NCBI GenBank assembly: GCA_965218095.1
Contig: OZ244587.1
Coordinates: forward strand, 5,952,001-6,016,000
DNA: 64,000 nt
From: Candidatus Poribacteria bacterium
GTDB taxonomy: Bacteria; Poribacteria; WGA-4E; PCPOR2b
Direction: 5' to 3'
Both the position numbers and the translations under genes were made by a program. Below, piece by piece: positions 63,151 to 64,000 of this stretch. Positions within the stretch are counted from its first letter, which is position 1, and each line of letters opens with the position of its first letter. The notes beneath the pieces are model-generated. The model did no database searches. It saw only the letters and a list, made by a program, of their open reading frames with translations, and was not told the DNA's origin.

Positions 63151-64000
63151 AAATACATTGTAATGGCCCGCCACTGTTCTTCACCGGACGCAATTGTAAT
63201 GGTTTCGCTCGACACCTGCCCGCCGAATGCCTGCGGCAAATAGTATGACACACTCCCAATACCAGGCCAGATCGCCTGCACGGGGCGATCGCGTTCCCAG
63301 CCGACCTAATCGCGCAGGAATTGGTGTGCGCGTTGACCCGCATTGAAGATATGTCCAACCCCGCGATTCTTATCGAACTTATCAAGCGAAAGATCAATTA
63401 TCGTTTCGCCATCAGGGACGTTGCGCACCGTATTCGACCGCAGCTCATACAGGTTTCTGCGTCGATCCATGATTGACAACACATCATTCTTAAACCGCAC
63501 CAGGACGTAGAGATCGCGAGGACTTCCATCGTTCAACTCAGGGTTGGTAAGATTTTCAAGGATGTATTCGTCGCGCGCATCAGCGAAGGTTGAGGCAATT
63601 TCAATATCCTCACCGGTTGGTGTTTCGAGGAACAAGACAACCTGTGGACGGCGAATCGGAAGTTCCATCTGCTCATTATCATCAAAATAGACGACAGTCC
63701 CGCGAACCGTTACCTCACCTGCATTTGCACGAAATCTACGAAACCTCACCCTCGTTTCTAAGGGAAAATCACCTATCTGCTCGTCAAACGGTTCGGAGGA
63801 AACATGGGAGCCGCCTGGCGTGACCAAAAGGTAGGCTAGAAATGCTGTATCACGGTCTCGCCATCGGCGAGCATCGCGTAAATTGACGCTTGCAGAGGGT
63901 AGTTCCCCGGTTTGTCAACATGAAGGCGAACGGAATACTGCTGATTGGGGGCATCAGGAGGAAAGTAGACCTGTTCAAATCGGTCCGGTGAGCGAGGAGT
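63150..64000 (-). pseudogene. Decayed exported protein, partial, enters from the right edge
   Basis: Frame open from 64000; frameshift ~63837; in-frame TAG 63306-63308; continues VGWERDRPVQAIWPG. Confidence 0.55.

Noticed and set aside
1-64000. Genome-wide TAG reassignment (code 15) or pyrrolysine
   Set aside because: TAG terminates apparently complete genes (DUF2089, DUF4097, mazG, fabV, PhyH 45815). Internal TAGs map to both Trp-like and Gln-like positions and co-occur with TAA, TGA and frameshift lesions. Kept only as a minor alternative.
1-64000. CRISPR array, tRNA, rRNA
   Set aside because: No regularly spaced 25-45 bp direct repeats, no cloverleaf or T-loop signatures, and no rRNA-like tracts were noticed by eye.

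Overview
This is a bacterial chromosomal window, most likely from Candidatus Poribacteria. That call is an inference from eight PhyH-family dioxygenase paralogs, NHL and BNR repeat proteins, and a 'VKPQDKWLTTLGEIK-LLQNYPNPFNPETW' C-terminal module. The first ~17.6 kb is largely intact: a POTRA outer-membrane protein, a BatA/vWA protein, a DUF2089 + two SHOCT-DUF4097 operon, mazG, RidA, fabV, an FAH and an M20 enzyme. The rest is a heavily eroded catabolic region with many pseudogenes and gene fragments, IS5/IS982/IS1/IS630/IS1380-like elements, a RAYT with REPs, and several MITEs. Best leads: (1) two divergent sister IS elements inserted in tandem, each duplicating the TATAAT -10 box of a host promoter; (2) a DUF4097 beta-solenoid with a 12-rung histidine ladder next to an Asn-ladder paralog; (3) a PhyH paralog with the H-x-G halogenase-type iron motif, split by an IS that supplies a new in-frame start; (4) a MITE family with shared ends but different hairpin cargo; (5) eleven internal TAG stops, many at CCWGG-derivable sites. 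No rRNA, tRNA or CRISPR array was seen. All family calls come from motif recognition by eye, not database searches.
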